From contig CAWIXE010000002.1 in assembly GCA_963840035.1 (NCBI GenBank), forward strand, positions 544,001 to 608,000: 64,000 bases of DNA, read 5' to 3'. Positions 39,763 to 50,583 of the stretch are shown in pieces. The first letter of the stretch is position 1. Each line of letters starts with the position of its first letter. The notes under the pieces were generated by a model. The model saw nothing but the letters and a program-made list of their open reading frames with translations, searched no databases and was not told the DNA's origin. The stretch comes from a candidate division FCPU426 bacterium. GTDB lineage: Bacteria > Oederibacteriota > PGYV01 > Palsa-1178. The position numbers and the translations under genes are program-made.

Positions 39763-40906
39763 GGGACCGTGTCGTGACTTAAGACATTGTAGAAAAAAAG
39801 GCTATAAAAATAAGGCCTTAGTATTATAATTGGATAAATACAAGGGTTTTGCTTATAATATCGAAAATATAGGGGGGATTTATGAGCAGGCAGTTGCGTA
39901 TTGTATTTCCTGGTGCGGTTTATCATGTAAGCGCCAGGGGGTATGAGAAAAGTTTTATATTTAAGGATTATAAAGACAAACAAAGGCTGATGGATATTAT
40001 TTTTGACGTACATAGAAAGTACAGTTTTATTATTTATGCATATGCAATCATGGATAATCATTATCATCTAATAATGGAAACAATCGAACCAAATCTGTCA
40101 TTTATCATGTACCATATAAATAAGAGATACGGGACGTATTATAATATCAGGCATGAAAGAAAAGGCTATGTTTTTGAAAAGCGTTTTAGCGCTTTTATAA
40201 TACAAAAAGGGGAAGCCATGAAAGCTCAGGTTCAGTATGTTCATATGAACCCGATGCGCGCAAATATGGAAAAAGTATTGGGGGAATACAAGTGGACCAG
40301 CCATAATTATTACCTTGGGAACGAAAAACAGTCGATAGCTGACAGTGAATTTGTGCTTTCGATGTTTGGTGAAGACACAAAGACAGCGATACCGGAGTAT
40401 GAAGCTTATATGGCAAAATCACGCAGATTCGGCAAATCAAGGACTGAAATCGGCGTTTATGGTACGGGAATAATAGGGGAGGAAAGTTTTGTAAAACAAA
40501 TAAAACTTATAGCTAATAATAAAAAGCTGCCCGAAGCTATAAACAAACGCAAGGAAATGAAAAAGATTTACGGATATGGGGAAATAATAAGGGCTGTAAG
40601 CGGATATTACGGAATTTCTGAAGTGGTTTTGTGCTCTAAAAAGGGGTGTTGGAATATATATAAGAAAGCAGCGATTTATTTATTGTTAAATGATGGGGGA
40701 TTAACAGGAGCAGACATAGGCAGGCTGTTTGAAATGCATCAAAGCTCAATATCAAAAGCTTCAAACCGGCTTAAAGATAAAATGGAGAAGGATAAAGAAA
40801 TAGCAAGTGAAATAGAAAAAATACGTGTTAAATACGTAAAAATACGCGAAGCACTAATAAAATAAGGCGTTTTATATTAGAATGTCTTGAGTCACGACAC
40901 GGACCC
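39763..40906 (+). mobile_element. Y1/HUH transposase element bounded by 26-bp inverted repeats
   Basis: GGGACCGTGTCGTGACTTAAGACATT (39763-39788) and AATGTCTTGAGTCACGACACGGACCC (40881-40906); 2 mismatches. Confidence 0.85.
39882..40865 (+). CDS. Y1/HUH transposase-like protein with C-terminal DnaA-C-like HTH
   Basis: MSRQLRIVFPGAVYHV, MDNHYH, YVHMNP and YKWTS; C-terminal AAIYL...GLTGADIGRLF. Confidence 0.9.
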   Translation: MSRQLRIVFPGAVYHVSARGYEKSFIFKDYKDKQRLMDIIFDVHRKYSFIIYAYAIMDNHYHLIMETIEPNLSFIMYHINKRYGTYYNIRHERKGYVFEKRFSAFIIQKGEAMKAQVQYVHMNPMRANMEKVLGEYKWTSHNYYLGNEKQSIADSEFVLSMFGEDTKTAIPEYEAYMAKSRRFGKSRTEIGVYGTGIIGEESFVKQIKLIANNKKLPEAINKRKEMKKIYGYGEIIRAVSGYYGISEVVLCSKKGCWNIYKKAAIYLLLNDGGLTGADIGRLFEMHQSSISKASNRLKDKMEKDKEIASEIEKIRVKYVKIREALIK

Positions 40907-41142
40907 TGTAGCAGGAGAATATGCAGGCATGACAGGGGTGTCGGCCGGCGGGGCCTATTATGCGACTATTTATGCCTGTGATGGACTTGTTTACCGGACG
41001 TGGATAGACGCCGGTGCGGATAACGCATATAAATAAACAGTAATTTTGTGCTTGACAAAATCCTGAAATATGATAATATTAACGTAATAAATGTAGCAGA
41101 TTTTACTACATGTTTCAAAAATTTTTTGGAGGTTCCAGAAGT

Positions 41143-41343
41143 ATGGCAAAGGGAAAAGTGAAATGGTTTAACGACAAGAAAGGGTACGGATTCATTGAAC
41201 AGGAAGGCGGAAAGGACGTATTTGTTCATTTCGACGCGATCAAGATGGAAGGCTTCAAGACCTTAAAAGAGGGCGAAGAAGTATCGTTTGACATCGTTGA
41301 AGGCGCGAAAGGCCCGCAGGCAGCAAACGTAACAAAGGGCTAA
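41143..41343 (+). CDS. cspA: Cold-shock protein
   Basis: GKVKWFN, KGYGFI and DVFVHF motifs. Confidence 0.95.
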   Translation: MAKGKVKWFNDKKGYGFIEQEGGKDVFVHFDAIKMEGFKTLKEGEEVSFDIVEGAKGPQAANVTKG

Positions 41344-41363
41344 TTTAGCTTTCGTACCAATAT

Positions 41364-41396
41364 AAGGCCCGGCTGAAAAGCCGGGCCTTTTTTTTT
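41364..41396 (+). terminator. Intrinsic terminator after csp
   Basis: GGCCCGGC-TGAAAA-GCCGGGCC followed by T9. Confidence 0.88.
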
Positions 41397-41471
41397 ATAT
41401 TCATTCAAGAGTTTTAATGCTAAAACGGTTTGGGTACGCCCCGGGACATACCCAACATATAATTAAAAAAG

Positions 41472-42671
41472 TAAAAAGTGTAAGATGAAAAACCCCACAT
41501 AGAAAAAGAAAAAGTCCCAACAGAACAACTGATGGTATTATGTAAGTGCGACCAAACATAAACCAAAGGAGCTGGACTGATGGGACAAGTAAATAGTACC
41601 ACAAGAACGTATTTAAGGGAAAGCGAAAGATACAAGATTGAGGCTTTACGGCAGAAGAAATTAACAGGTCGCGAGATAGGCCGTTTGTTGGGTAGAAATC
41701 ACAGGACGATAAACAGAGAGATAAAAAGAGGCACGATTGAGCTGTTGAATAGTGATTTAACAACCCGGAAGGTATATAAAGCGCACATAGGCCAGGAAAT
41801 ACATGATGAAAAGTCAAAGCACAAAGGACCAGGATTAAAGATAGGCAGCGACCACAAACTGGCTGAATACATAGAACTAACCATAAAGAAAGACCGATAC
41901 TCTCCGGCCGCGGTTGCAGCAACAATCAAGAACAAAGAACAGAAATTTACTGTGACTTTAAGTGCAAAAACCATTTATAACTATATAGGCAAAGAAGTTT
42001 TTTATGGCATAAGCAATGAGGATTTATGGATGAAACGCAAAAGGAAAAACAAGAACAAAAGAGTGCGTGTTTTCGATAAGAACAGACTTTGCAAGAGCAT
42101 AGAAGACAGACCAAAAGAGGCCAATGAAAGATCTGAATACGGTCACTGGGAAATCGATTGCGTCAAAGGAAAGCAAGGGGATAAAGAATGTTTGTTGACG
42201 TTGAGTGAAAGGAAGACAAGAAAGGAAATAATTGAGAAAATGAAGTCAGCCTCAAATGAAGAAGTCGACAGAGTTCTGACGAAGTTGGAACAGAAATACA
42301 AAGAAAATTTTAAGGATATTTTTAAGAGTATCACGGCAGATAATGGCTCGGAGTTCTTGAACTGGGAGTTTTTAGAAGCCAGCAAAGTATTTAATGGACA
42401 AAAAAGGACAAATATATATTTTGCTCACCCTTATTGTTCCTGTGAAAGAGGTACAAACGAGAACTCAAACAGGATGATAAGACGGTTTATACCCAAGGGA
42501 ACCAGCATAGGCCCTATAAGCAATAAGGAAATCAAGAAAATAGAGACATGGATGAACAATTACCCCAGAAAGGTAATTGGATACGAAACTGCGACACAAA
42601 TGACAAATCAAATCTTTACAAGAAAAATGCCTCAGTTGGTTGGGGTGGGGTTTTAATTGTTGCAACTTACG
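41472..42671 (+). mobile_element. IS30-family insertion sequence (1200 bp)
   Basis: Imperfect 27-bp TIRs with shared inner AAAACCCCAC; flanked by a 15-bp direct repeat at 41457-41471 and 42672-42686. Confidence 0.85.
41580..42656 (+). CDS. IS30-family DDE transposase
   Basis: N-terminal HTH (TINREIKRG), GHWEID, ITADNGSEF and ERGTNEN motifs. Confidence 0.95.
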   Translation: MGQVNSTTRTYLRESERYKIEALRQKKLTGREIGRLLGRNHRTINREIKRGTIELLNSDLTTRKVYKAHIGQEIHDEKSKHKGPGLKIGSDHKLAEYIELTIKKDRYSPAAVAATIKNKEQKFTVTLSAKTIYNYIGKEVFYGISNEDLWMKRKRKNKNKRVRVFDKNRLCKSIEDRPKEANERSEYGHWEIDCVKGKQGDKECLLTLSERKTRKEIIEKMKSASNEEVDRVLTKLEQKYKENFKDIFKSITADNGSEFLNWEFLEASKVFNGQKRTNIYFAHPYCSCERGTNENSNRMIRRFIPKGTSIGPISNKEIKKIETWMNNYPRKVIGYETATQMTNQIFTRKMPQLVGVGF

Positions 42672-42776
42672 ATATAATTAAAAAAGCCACGGATACATTG
42701 ACGGAAAGTCAAATTATGTTATAATCACATGTTGCCGCGCTAAATTATGTGAAGACTGGAAGACAAGGGAGATAAA

Positions 42777-44348
42777 ATGGCTAAAAAAATAAAATCCACC
42801 ACTGCTGGGAAGGCGAAAAAGCACCGGGCGATACTTCCGCTGGGCGTTAAGTTCAGTTTCTTCGTCGGATTGCTGCTGGTTTCCATAATGGCCGTTATCA
42901 TGATGTTCATATATAACTGGGCTAATACAGCCCTGGAAAAAGAGGTCAAGGAAAGGGGAATAGCGATAGCCAAGAACATCGCGAATAATGCCGCTGACCC
43001 GCTTATTAAAAACGACGACCTGCCGCTTGCCATATTGACAAATCAAGCAGTCCAGTTCCCGATGAAACAGGAAAGGGAATCCACGGATATCATAAGCAAC
43101 ATCCTTGAATCGCTTAAAAATGACCTTATCAGTACGGGTGAGCCTGAAATTATAAAGAATGAAGGGATATATGAGGCTTTTATTGTAAATAAAAGAGGAA
43201 TAATAGTTTCGTCAAATGAGGTGTTAAAAAACGGGGAACCGTACCAGTTGCCTCAGGGAATCAGGGCCGTAAAAGACAGTGAGGACGCGCTCGTGCAGGA
43301 TTATGAAAAAGACGGCAGGCACTTTTTTGACATAGGCGTCCCTATCACGACAGTTATTAATGGCAACAGGTATTATGTCGGAGAGGTCCACCTTACCATA
43401 TCCAGGAACATAATATCCAAGGCGGTTACTCTGGCGGCCATAAAAATAGGCCTTATAATTCTCGTAGCACTGCTGCTGGGCATCATCATATCAATCCTTC
43501 TGGTAAATTTCATGGTGAGGCCCATCGGGTACCTGCTGAAGGGCGTTAAATCAATCGGAGAAGGCAACTATGATGTGGAAATCAAGCTTAAAACCAATGA
43601 TGAGCTCGGGTTGCTGACGGATATTTTCAACGATACGGCAAAGAGCTTAAAGGAAAAAGAATTATTAAAAGGCGCTTTTTCCACTTATGTATCAAGTGAG
43701 ATAATGAACGAAGTGCTTAAAGACCCGAAGAAACTCGCCCTCGGAGGTAAAAGGCTTAAGGCAACAATGCTTTTTACCGACATAAGGGGGTTTACATCCA
43801 TGTCGGAAACCCTGGAACCCGAACAGGTCGTCGGTGTTATAAACGAATACCTCACGGTTCAGACCGATAAGGTCCTTAAATGGAAGGGCGTGCTTGACAA
43901 GTTCGTCGGGGATTGTGTCATGGCGGTATACGGAGTCCCCATGCCGAAAGAAGACGATTCATACAGGGCGGTAAGGACGGCCATGGACATAAAGGAAAGC
44001 GTTGACCGGTTGAATGTCATCAGGGCAAAGACAAAGCAGATCACTGTGGGGATCGGGATAGGCGTAAATACGGGCGATGTCGTATCAGGGAACATGGGCT
44101 CACCGCAAAAGATGGATTACACGGTAATAGGGGACAATGTAAACCTCGCGGCAAGGCTTGAGGCCAACGCGCCGGCAGGAAGGGTGTACTGCAGCGAGTC
44201 CACATACGACGAAACAAAAGACAGAATAGAGTTTGTGGAGCTGGAAGCCATCAAGGTAAAAGGAAAGAAAGATCCTGTCAGGATATTTGAGCCCGTGGGT
44301 TTGAAGCCGGGCGTTGAGATAAAACCAAAACAGACTGAAATCAAATAA
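42777..44348 (+). CDS. Membrane-bound class III adenylate cyclase with HAMP domain
   Basis: Two TM segments, HAMP (NDELGLL), [14 protein letters not shown] and [16 protein letters not shown]. Confidence 0.92.
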   Translation: MAKKIKSTTAGKAKKHRAILPLGVKFSFFVGLLLVSIMAVIMMFIYNWANTALEKEVKERGIAIAKNIANNAADPLIKNDDLPLAILTNQAVQFPMKQERESTDIISNILESLKNDLISTGEPEIIKNEGIYEAFIVNKRGIIVSSNEVLKNGEPYQLPQGIRAVKDSEDALVQDYEKDGRHFFDIGVPITTVINGNRYYVGEVHLTISRNIISKAVTLAAIKIGLIILVALLLGIIISILLVNFMVRPIGYLLKGVKSIGEGNYDVEIKLKTNDELGLLTDIFNDTAKSLKEKELLKGAFSTYVSSEIMNEVLKDPKKLALGGKRLKATMLFTDIRGFTSMSETLEPEQVVGVINEYLTVQTDKVLKWKGVLDKFVGDCVMAVYGVPMPKEDDSYRAVRTAMDIKESVDRLNVIRAKTKQITVGIGIGVNTGDVVSGNMGSPQKMDYTVIGDNVNLAARLEANAPAGRVYCSESTYDETKDRIEFVELEAIKVKGKKDPVRIFEPVGLKPGVEIKPKQTEIK

Positions 44349-44361
44349 TCAGGAGAAGACA

Positions 44362-45993
44362 ATGGCACCCAAAAAAAAGGCTCTGACGAAATTTGCTTCA
44401 TGGAAATCGCTGAAATCAAATCATGGAAAGGTAATGAAGACCGGCTTAAGGGAGTTATTTTCTTCAGACCCTGGCCGGGCGCAGAGCATGTCCATAGAAG
44501 CCGAAGGGATATATTATGATTATTCAAAGCACAGGGTTAATTCAGAGACCATAAAGCTGCTCGTAAAGCTCGCCAAAGAAGCGGGTTTGAGGCAAAAAAT
44601 TGACGCGATGTTCCGCGGGGAAAAGATTAATTCAACTGAAAACAGGGCAGTCCTGCATGTGGCGCTGCGTTCGCCAAAGTCCTCATCCATAATAGTGGAC
44701 GGTAAGGACGTAATACCGGGAGTGCACGCGGTCCTGGATAAGATGGAGGGGTTTGCGGGCAGGATAAGGAGCGGGTCCTGGAAAGGTTATACCGGCAAAA
44801 AGATAAAGAACATAGTAAACATAGGCATCGGAGGGTCGGATCTGGGGCCTGTTATGGCATATGAAGCGCTGAAGAGTTATTCCATGCGCGAACTGACATT
44901 CAGGTTTGTCTCGAATGTCGATGACACGGATTTTGCCGAGGCGACTTTTGACCTGAACCCGGAAGAAACGCTTTTCATAGTCTCTTCCAAGACTTTTACC
45001 ACCCTTGAGACCATGACGAACGCACTAACAGCGCGTGACTGGCTGCTGAAAAGTTTAAAGGATAAGGGCGCTGTCGCTAAACACTTTGTGGCTGTGTCAA
45101 CAAACGCGGCTGAGGTATCAAAGTTCGGCATAGATACCGCGAATATGTTCGAGTTCTGGGACTGGGTCGGCGGCAGGTATTCCATGACCTCGGCCATAGG
45201 GCTTTCAAATATGATAGCGTTCGGGCCGGAAAATTTCCGCGCCATGCTAGCGGGGTTCCATGAGATGGACGAACATTTCAGGACAGCCCCGTTTGAAAAG
45301 AACATTCCGGCAATCATGGGCCTGCTGGGACTCTGGTATACTGATTTTTTCGGGGCTGAAACCATGGCTGTGCTTCCATATGAGCAGTATTTAAAACGGT
45401 TCCCGGCCTATCTCCAGCAGATGACCATGGAGAGCAACGGAAAACGGGTGACAATAAAAGGGGAAAAGATAAACTACCAGACAGGGGCCATCTACTGGGG
45501 CGAACCCGGGACAAACGGCCAGCATTCTTTCTACCAGCTCATACACCAGGGGACAAAACTGATACCCTGCGATTTCATAGCGTTCGCGAAATCCATAAAC
45601 AAAATAGGCAGGCACCATGACCTTCTGATGGCAAATGTGTTCGCCCAGGCTGAAGCGCTGGCGTTCGGTAAGACTGCGGCTGAAGTAAAGGCTGACGGCG
45701 CCCCTGAAAACCTTGTCGCGCATAAGACATTTGAGGGCAACAGGCCTTCCTCCACGATACTCATGGAAAAACTTGACCCGAACGCGCTTGGCAAACTAAT
45801 TGCCATGTATGAGCACAGCGTATTTACACAGGCGGCAGTATGGAATATTAACGCGTTTGACCAGTGGGGAGTGCAGCTGGGAAAAGTCCTCGCTGAGAAG
45901 ATAGTGCCTGAACTTGAGGCAGTGAAAGAACCGCAGTTAAAGCACGATAATTCGACCAATACACTTATAAAAAGATACAGAAAACTCAAATAA
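44362..45993 (+). CDS. pgi: Glucose-6-phosphate isomerase
   Basis: [27 protein letters not shown] and FDQWGV motifs. Confidence 0.97.
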   Translation: MAPKKKALTKFASWKSLKSNHGKVMKTGLRELFSSDPGRAQSMSIEAEGIYYDYSKHRVNSETIKLLVKLAKEAGLRQKIDAMFRGEKINSTENRAVLHVALRSPKSSSIIVDGKDVIPGVHAVLDKMEGFAGRIRSGSWKGYTGKKIKNIVNIGIGGSDLGPVMAYEALKSYSMRELTFRFVSNVDDTDFAEATFDLNPEETLFIVSSKTFTTLETMTNALTARDWLLKSLKDKGAVAKHFVAVSTNAAEVSKFGIDTANMFEFWDWVGGRYSMTSAIGLSNMIAFGPENFRAMLAGFHEMDEHFRTAPFEKNIPAIMGLLGLWYTDFFGAETMAVLPYEQYLKRFPAYLQQMTMESNGKRVTIKGEKINYQTGAIYWGEPGTNGQHSFYQLIHQGTKLIPCDFIAFAKSINKIGRHHDLLMANVFAQAEALAFGKTAAEVKADGAPENLVAHKTFEGNRPSSTILMEKLDPNALGKLIAMYEHSVFTQAAVWNINAFDQWGVQLGKVLAEKIVPELEAVKEPQLKHDNSTNTLIKRYRKLK

Positions 45994-46022
45994 TACGGGG
46001 ATTCAAACGGGGAGGCGCGACA

Positions 46023-46910
46023 ATGAAAAGGATAAACGATTACCAGGTTGAGTGGAGCGGACTGGCTAACAGGATGGCCCAGATGTTTGACTTAAAATCA
46101 GGCAGGACCGTGCTGCTTGCGGTTGACCATGGTTATTTCCAGGGCGCACCGGCAGGCCTTGAGAACTTAAGAAAGACAATTGAACCGCTGCTTCCTTACT
46201 GCGACGCGTTCAGCCCGACAATCGGAGGATTGAAATCCAGCGTAAACCCGTGGATGAAGACCCCGGTTATTATGCGGGCTACCGGCGGGAACAGCATGAG
46301 GAAGGCTGCGGAACTGGATGATGAAGTTATAACGGTTACGGTTGATGAGATGTTAAGAATGAACGCCATCGGATTTACAGCTTCGTGCTATATAGGACTG
46401 CCGCACCAGAAGCAGACCATTGAAAATCTCACAAACCTTTCAAACGAAGCACGCAAATACGGGCTTATATCAATCGGTATTACTGCTGTCGGATCTGACC
46501 CTGTCCTGGGAAAATTTGTCAAAGGCGAGAGGGAAGACGGCGGAGAACTCTCAAAAGAGGATAAAAAAGAAGCCATCAAGTATTTAAAGCACGCCGCGCG
46601 TGTTGTTTCTGAAAACGGCGCGGATATAGTAAAGACCTATTACTGCGACGGGTTCGAGGAAGTTGTCGAGTCATGCCTTGCGCCCATTGTGATAGCGGGC
46701 GGAACAAAAAGGCCGACTAAAGAGGCGCTTGAATTCACATATAACGCCATAAAGGCCGGGGCGGTGGGCGTTGATATGGGGCGCAATATATTCCAGAACG
46801 AAAACCCTGTGGCCATGATTAAAGCGGTAAGAAGCGTGGTGCATGAGGGCAAAACGTCAAAGCAGGCCCTTGACCTTTATAACAGCCTGTCGAAGAAGAA
46901 GGCAAAATGA
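46023..46910 (+). CDS. DhnA/LsrF-type class I aldolase family protein
   Basis: LAVDHG, GADIVKTYY, IAGG and GRNIFQ motifs. Confidence 0.88.
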   Translation: MKRINDYQVEWSGLANRMAQMFDLKSGRTVLLAVDHGYFQGAPAGLENLRKTIEPLLPYCDAFSPTIGGLKSSVNPWMKTPVIMRATGGNSMRKAAELDDEVITVTVDEMLRMNAIGFTASCYIGLPHQKQTIENLTNLSNEARKYGLISIGITAVGSDPVLGKFVKGEREDGGELSKEDKKEAIKYLKHAARVVSENGADIVKTYYCDGFEEVVESCLAPIVIAGGTKRPTKEALEFTYNAIKAGAVGVDMGRNIFQNENPVAMIKAVRSVVHEGKTSKQALDLYNSLSKKKAK

Positions 46911-47935
46911 AGGCCGGCGTATACTATAATAACAGGGATGTCAGGGTTGAAGAACGGCCGATGCCTGAAACCGGTCCGGGTGACGTGCTGATAAAAGTGG
47001 CAGCCTGCGGAATATGCGGCAGCGACGTGCTGGAGTGGTACAGGATAAAAAAGGCGCCGCTGGTGCTCGGACATGAAATGTCCGGGGAAATTGTTGAAGC
47101 CGGTAAAGGCGTTAAGGGTTTTAAAAAAGGGGACAGGGTTTTTGCCACCCACCACGTGCCGTGCGGGGAATGCGCGTATTGCAAAAACGGGCATGAAACA
47201 GCGTGCGAAGTATTTCACGGTGAGAATAATTTTACACCCGGAGGGTTTTCTGAATATCTGCGGGTAACAGGAAGGTCTATAAAAACCGGATTATTTAAAC
47301 TTCCCAAAAATATGACTTATGAGCAGGCCACATTCATAGAACCGCTTGGGACCGTGGTAAGGGGACAGCGCGCCGCCGGGCTGAAGAAAGGCGATTCAAT
47401 TCTGATTCTTGGAAGCGGCATTACCGGGATTTTACACATTATGCTCGCGAAACATACGGGAGCGTCAAAGATAATTGCCACGGATATAAACCCCTATAAA
47501 CTTGAAGCGGCGAAAAAAGCCGGAGCTGACGCGGTAATAGACGCGCGCGCTGATGTCCCGGCGGAAGTCTTAAAGGTAAACGGCGGAAAACCGGTTGACA
47601 AAGTAATAATCTGCGCCGGCTCGCTCGCGGCGGCAGAGCAGGCAATAAATTCAGTTGATAAAGGCGGCACCATAATATTCTTTGCTGTGCCTAAACCCGG
47701 TGAAAAGGTAGCCATAGATTTTACTCCATTCTGGAGGAACGATATAAGCATAAAAACCAGCTACGGCGCCGCCCCACGTGATAATAAGGAAGCGATAGAA
47801 CTCATAAGCAGCGGAAAAATAAAAGTTACTGATGTAATAACCCACAGGTTAAACCTTGATAATATTGCGGAAGGGTTTAAGCTGGCGGCTGAAGGAAAAG
47901 ACTGCCTTAAAGTAATAATCACACCAAATGCATAA
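46907..47935 (+). CDS. Zn-dependent alcohol/polyol dehydrogenase
   Basis: CGSD, GHE, structural Zn CGECAYC...C and GSGITG motifs. Confidence 0.9.
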   Translation: MKAGVYYNNRDVRVEERPMPETGPGDVLIKVAACGICGSDVLEWYRIKKAPLVLGHEMSGEIVEAGKGVKGFKKGDRVFATHHVPCGECAYCKNGHETACEVFHGENNFTPGGFSEYLRVTGRSIKTGLFKLPKNMTYEQATFIEPLGTVVRGQRAAGLKKGDSILILGSGITGILHIMLAKHTGASKIIATDINPYKLEAAKKAGADAVIDARADVPAEVLKVNGGKPVDKVIICAGSLAAAEQAINSVDKGGTIIFFAVPKPGEKVAIDFTPFWRNDISIKTSYGAAPRDNKEAIELISSGKIKVTDVITHRLNLDNIAEGFKLAAEGKDCLKVIITPNA

Positions 47936-48053
47936 AGTATAAAAAAATCCAAAAATAAATTAGGATAATGCTTGACTTATTATACAAAATGTAGTATAAA
48001 CTATACATAAAGATTATCTTATACATCTAAAATTAATAAAAGGAGGCAAAATA

Positions 48054-48296
48054 GTGGGAAAACTGGAACCAAAGCTGAAAATTGTAAGCCGGCTGCACAT
48101 ATTGCGCGCTGAAAAACGGCTTTCCCAGGATGACCTGGCTAAGGCAATAGATGTTACACGGGGGACTATAGTCGCGATCGAAGGCGGGGATTATAACCCG
48201 TCGCTTGAGCTGGCTTTCAGGCTTGCGAGATATTTCAATACGGATATACACTCGATATTTCAAATAGAGGAGGGGAATGATGCAAAAAATAAATAA
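48054..48296 (+). CDS. XRE-family HTH regulator
   Basis: LSQDDLA...TIVAIEGGDYNPSLELA. Confidence 0.9.
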   Translation: MGKLEPKLKIVSRLHILRAEKRLSQDDLAKAIDVTRGTIVAIEGGDYNPSLELAFRLARYFNTDIHSIFQIEEGNDAKNK

Positions 48297-48891
48297 GTTC
48301 CTGCTTAAGTATCTTGTATACGCAATACCGTTCCACGTAATCCTGCTGATATGGGGTCTGCTGGCTTCTAAATTTGAATTTTTAAAGGGAATAAAACCCC
48401 TTGCCGCGGCCATGGATATACTTCCGTGGAATTTTATTGCCTGGCTGATTGTTCTTGTATTTGTCCTTGCGGAACTTTTGTGGTACCCGGACATGCAGAG
48501 GCGGTTTTTTGAGTCGGCAGCAAAATTCGCGGGAGTTAAGGAAAGGGATGAGAGGGAAAGTCTGGCAATTGACAGGGCGGGCAGGTACGCGTATATTTCA
48601 ACGTTGTGCCTCCTTATAGTTATGCTCTGTTTTTATTCCATCAATGTAACAATCGGCAATATCCCGCCGGATAAAGTCGTAGACGGGAAACACAGGTACA
48701 TAACTGTCGGCATCGGTATCGCCGTTACTGATGACAAACCGGTTGTTAAAAATGATAATTACATAAAGACATTTTCTAACTGGGACCTTCCGCTTTCAAA
48801 ATGGAGCCTTATATTTCTTGTCATAGCATGGCACGTGCTCAGCTTTCTATATTACCTGAGGAAAACTGATAAGTATAACCTGGAAAAATAG
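48277..48891 (+). CDS. Hypothetical membrane protein (DERE motif, DUF2178-like)
   Basis: TM segments and ERDERE...A; coupled to the XRE gene. Confidence 0.7.
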   Translation: MMQKINKFLLKYLVYAIPFHVILLIWGLLASKFEFLKGIKPLAAAMDILPWNFIAWLIVLVFVLAELLWYPDMQRRFFESAAKFAGVKERDERESLAIDRAGRYAYISTLCLLIVMLCFYSINVTIGNIPPDKVVDGKHRYITVGIGIAVTDDKPVVKNDNYIKTFSNWDLPLSKWSLIFLVIAWHVLSFLYYLRKTDKYNLEK

Positions 48892-48934
48892 CGGCCTGAT
48901 TGCCGTTCTATAATAAATTTTTAAGGAGGATGTT

Positions 48935-49558
48935 ATGGCAGAAGTAATTAAGAATCTCGCGATAGTGGGTGACGTATGGGTGCTCTATATACTCATAATT
49001 GCCAGTATAGCAAGCGTGGCAATCATGGTGGAGCGCTGGATGGTATACCGTGCAAATAAAGGGGACATATCCGCGTTCATGGACAGCCTCGCGGAAAAAC
49101 TTGATAAAAAAGACATAAAAGGCGCCATAGAGCTTGCGAATAAATCCTCGCGCATTGAGGCAAAGGTCGCTTTAGAGGGGCTGAGTAATGTGAAAAAAGG
49201 GCCGGCGTCTGTCGAGGAAGTCATGACATCAAGGTGGCTCAGGGAGAAAATTAAGCTGGAAAAGAACCTTGTCATACTCGCGACCATGGGCAACAACGCC
49301 CCGTTTGTGGGGCTCTTTGGAACGGTACTCGGCATAATCAAGGCTTTTAATGACCTGGCGCTTACAGGCCAGTCAGGAATAGCCGTTGTCATGTCAGGCA
49401 TATCGTCGGCATTGATTGCCACGGCGCTTGGCATACTTGTGGCAATACCTGCTGTTATCGCGAATAATTATTTCGCGTCCAGCTTAAGGCAGGCGCAGTC
49501 CAACAGCGAAAGCTTAACGCATATCATAATGGCGTTTTTAAAGGAAACGGGTAAATAG
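48935..49558 (+). CDS. exbB: MotA/TolQ/ExbB proton channel
   Basis: APFVGLFGTVLGI and ALIATALG motifs. Confidence 0.9.
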   Translation: MAEVIKNLAIVGDVWVLYILIIASIASVAIMVERWMVYRANKGDISAFMDSLAEKLDKKDIKGAIELANKSSRIEAKVALEGLSNVKKGPASVEEVMTSRWLREKIKLEKNLVILATMGNNAPFVGLFGTVLGIIKAFNDLALTGQSGIAVVMSGISSALIATALGILVAIPAVIANNYFASSLRQAQSNSESLTHIIMAFLKETGK

Positions 49559-49560
49559 CC

Positions 49561-49959
49561 ATGAAATTTGACGATGAACAGATGATAGTCTCCGGAATAA
49601 ATGTAACGCCGCTGGTGGATATCACGCTTGTGTTGCTGATCATATTCATGGTCACCGCCACATTTGTAAGCGAACGCGCCATGGAAGTAAACATCCCAAA
49701 AAGCGCGACAAAGGAAAACGCGCCGACGCCCGCCATATCGGTTACGCTTGGCAAAGACGGAACGCTGAAGATCATGAAGAAATCAGTTACGCTTGAGCAG
49801 TTAAGCGTGCTGCTTGCCAATGAGGTAAAGGCGTTTCCTGATGAGAAGGTGCTTTTAAAGGCTGAAAAGGACCTGCCGTACTATAAGGTGGCGGAAGTAC
49901 TTGAAGCGATTAAACTGGCCGGGATTAAAAAAGTGGCCCTGGCAATGGAAAGAAAATGA
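49561..49959 (+). CDS. exbD: ExbD/TolR protein
   Basis: INVTPLVDITLVLLIIFMV. Confidence 0.92.
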   Translation: MKFDDEQMIVSGINVTPLVDITLVLLIIFMVTATFVSERAMEVNIPKSATKENAPTPAISVTLGKDGTLKIMKKSVTLEQLSVLLANEVKAFPDEKVLLKAEKDLPYYKVAEVLEAIKLAGIKKVALAMERK

Positions 49960-50567
49960 GGCTCCTAAAGGGTTTTACAGCGTCCATACTTATACATGTA
50001 TTCATTTTTTTATCATGCTATTACATGATTATATGGTGGAAAAATTCGGATTTGTCGGCCGTTGATATTGACCTGACATCGTCGACCCTTATGCTGCGGC
50101 CTTCAAAAGCAACAGCCAAATCCGCGCAGCCGGAGATTACGGTTCAGGATTGGTATTTAAGCGACAGCAAACAGCTGCCGCCCAAACCTGTGTTAACATC
50201 CCAAACAGAAGCTGCTGAGCAGCCTGCCATAGCAGAGTGCCCGGCGCCGTGTCCGGATAATACTTCTGACTGGGCAACGGCAGGATCCACTACGCGAAGG
50301 CCGGTGTGGTCAGAAGGGTTTATAACTGAGGACGACTATCCCAAAGAAGCAAGGGCGCAGGGGCGTGAAGGAAAAGTTAAAGTCGAAGTTTTTATAGACG
50401 CGACAGGCAGGGTGCGGGACGCGAGGGTAATTGAGTCAACGGACGGAAGGTTCACCGCGGTCGTACTTGACAAACTTAAAAAAGCGAAGTTTGAACCGGC
50501 GCTTGATAAATCCGGAAATCCTGTAGCTGTGCATATGGCCATGCCTATAGTGTTTGAACTACGATGA
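49956..50567 (+). CDS. tonB: Energy transducer TonB
   Basis: TM segment with SxxxH; YPKEARAQGREGKV...FEPA C-domain. Confidence 0.88.
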   Translation: MRLLKGFTASILIHVFIFLSCYYMIIWWKNSDLSAVDIDLTSSTLMLRPSKATAKSAQPEITVQDWYLSDSKQLPPKPVLTSQTEAAEQPAIAECPAPCPDNTSDWATAGSTTRRPVWSEGFITEDDYPKEARAQGREGKVKVEVFIDATGRVRDARVIESTDGRFTAVVLDKLKKAKFEPALDKSGNPVAVHMAMPIVFELR

Positions 50568-50583
50568 ATATGAGGACGGTAAA

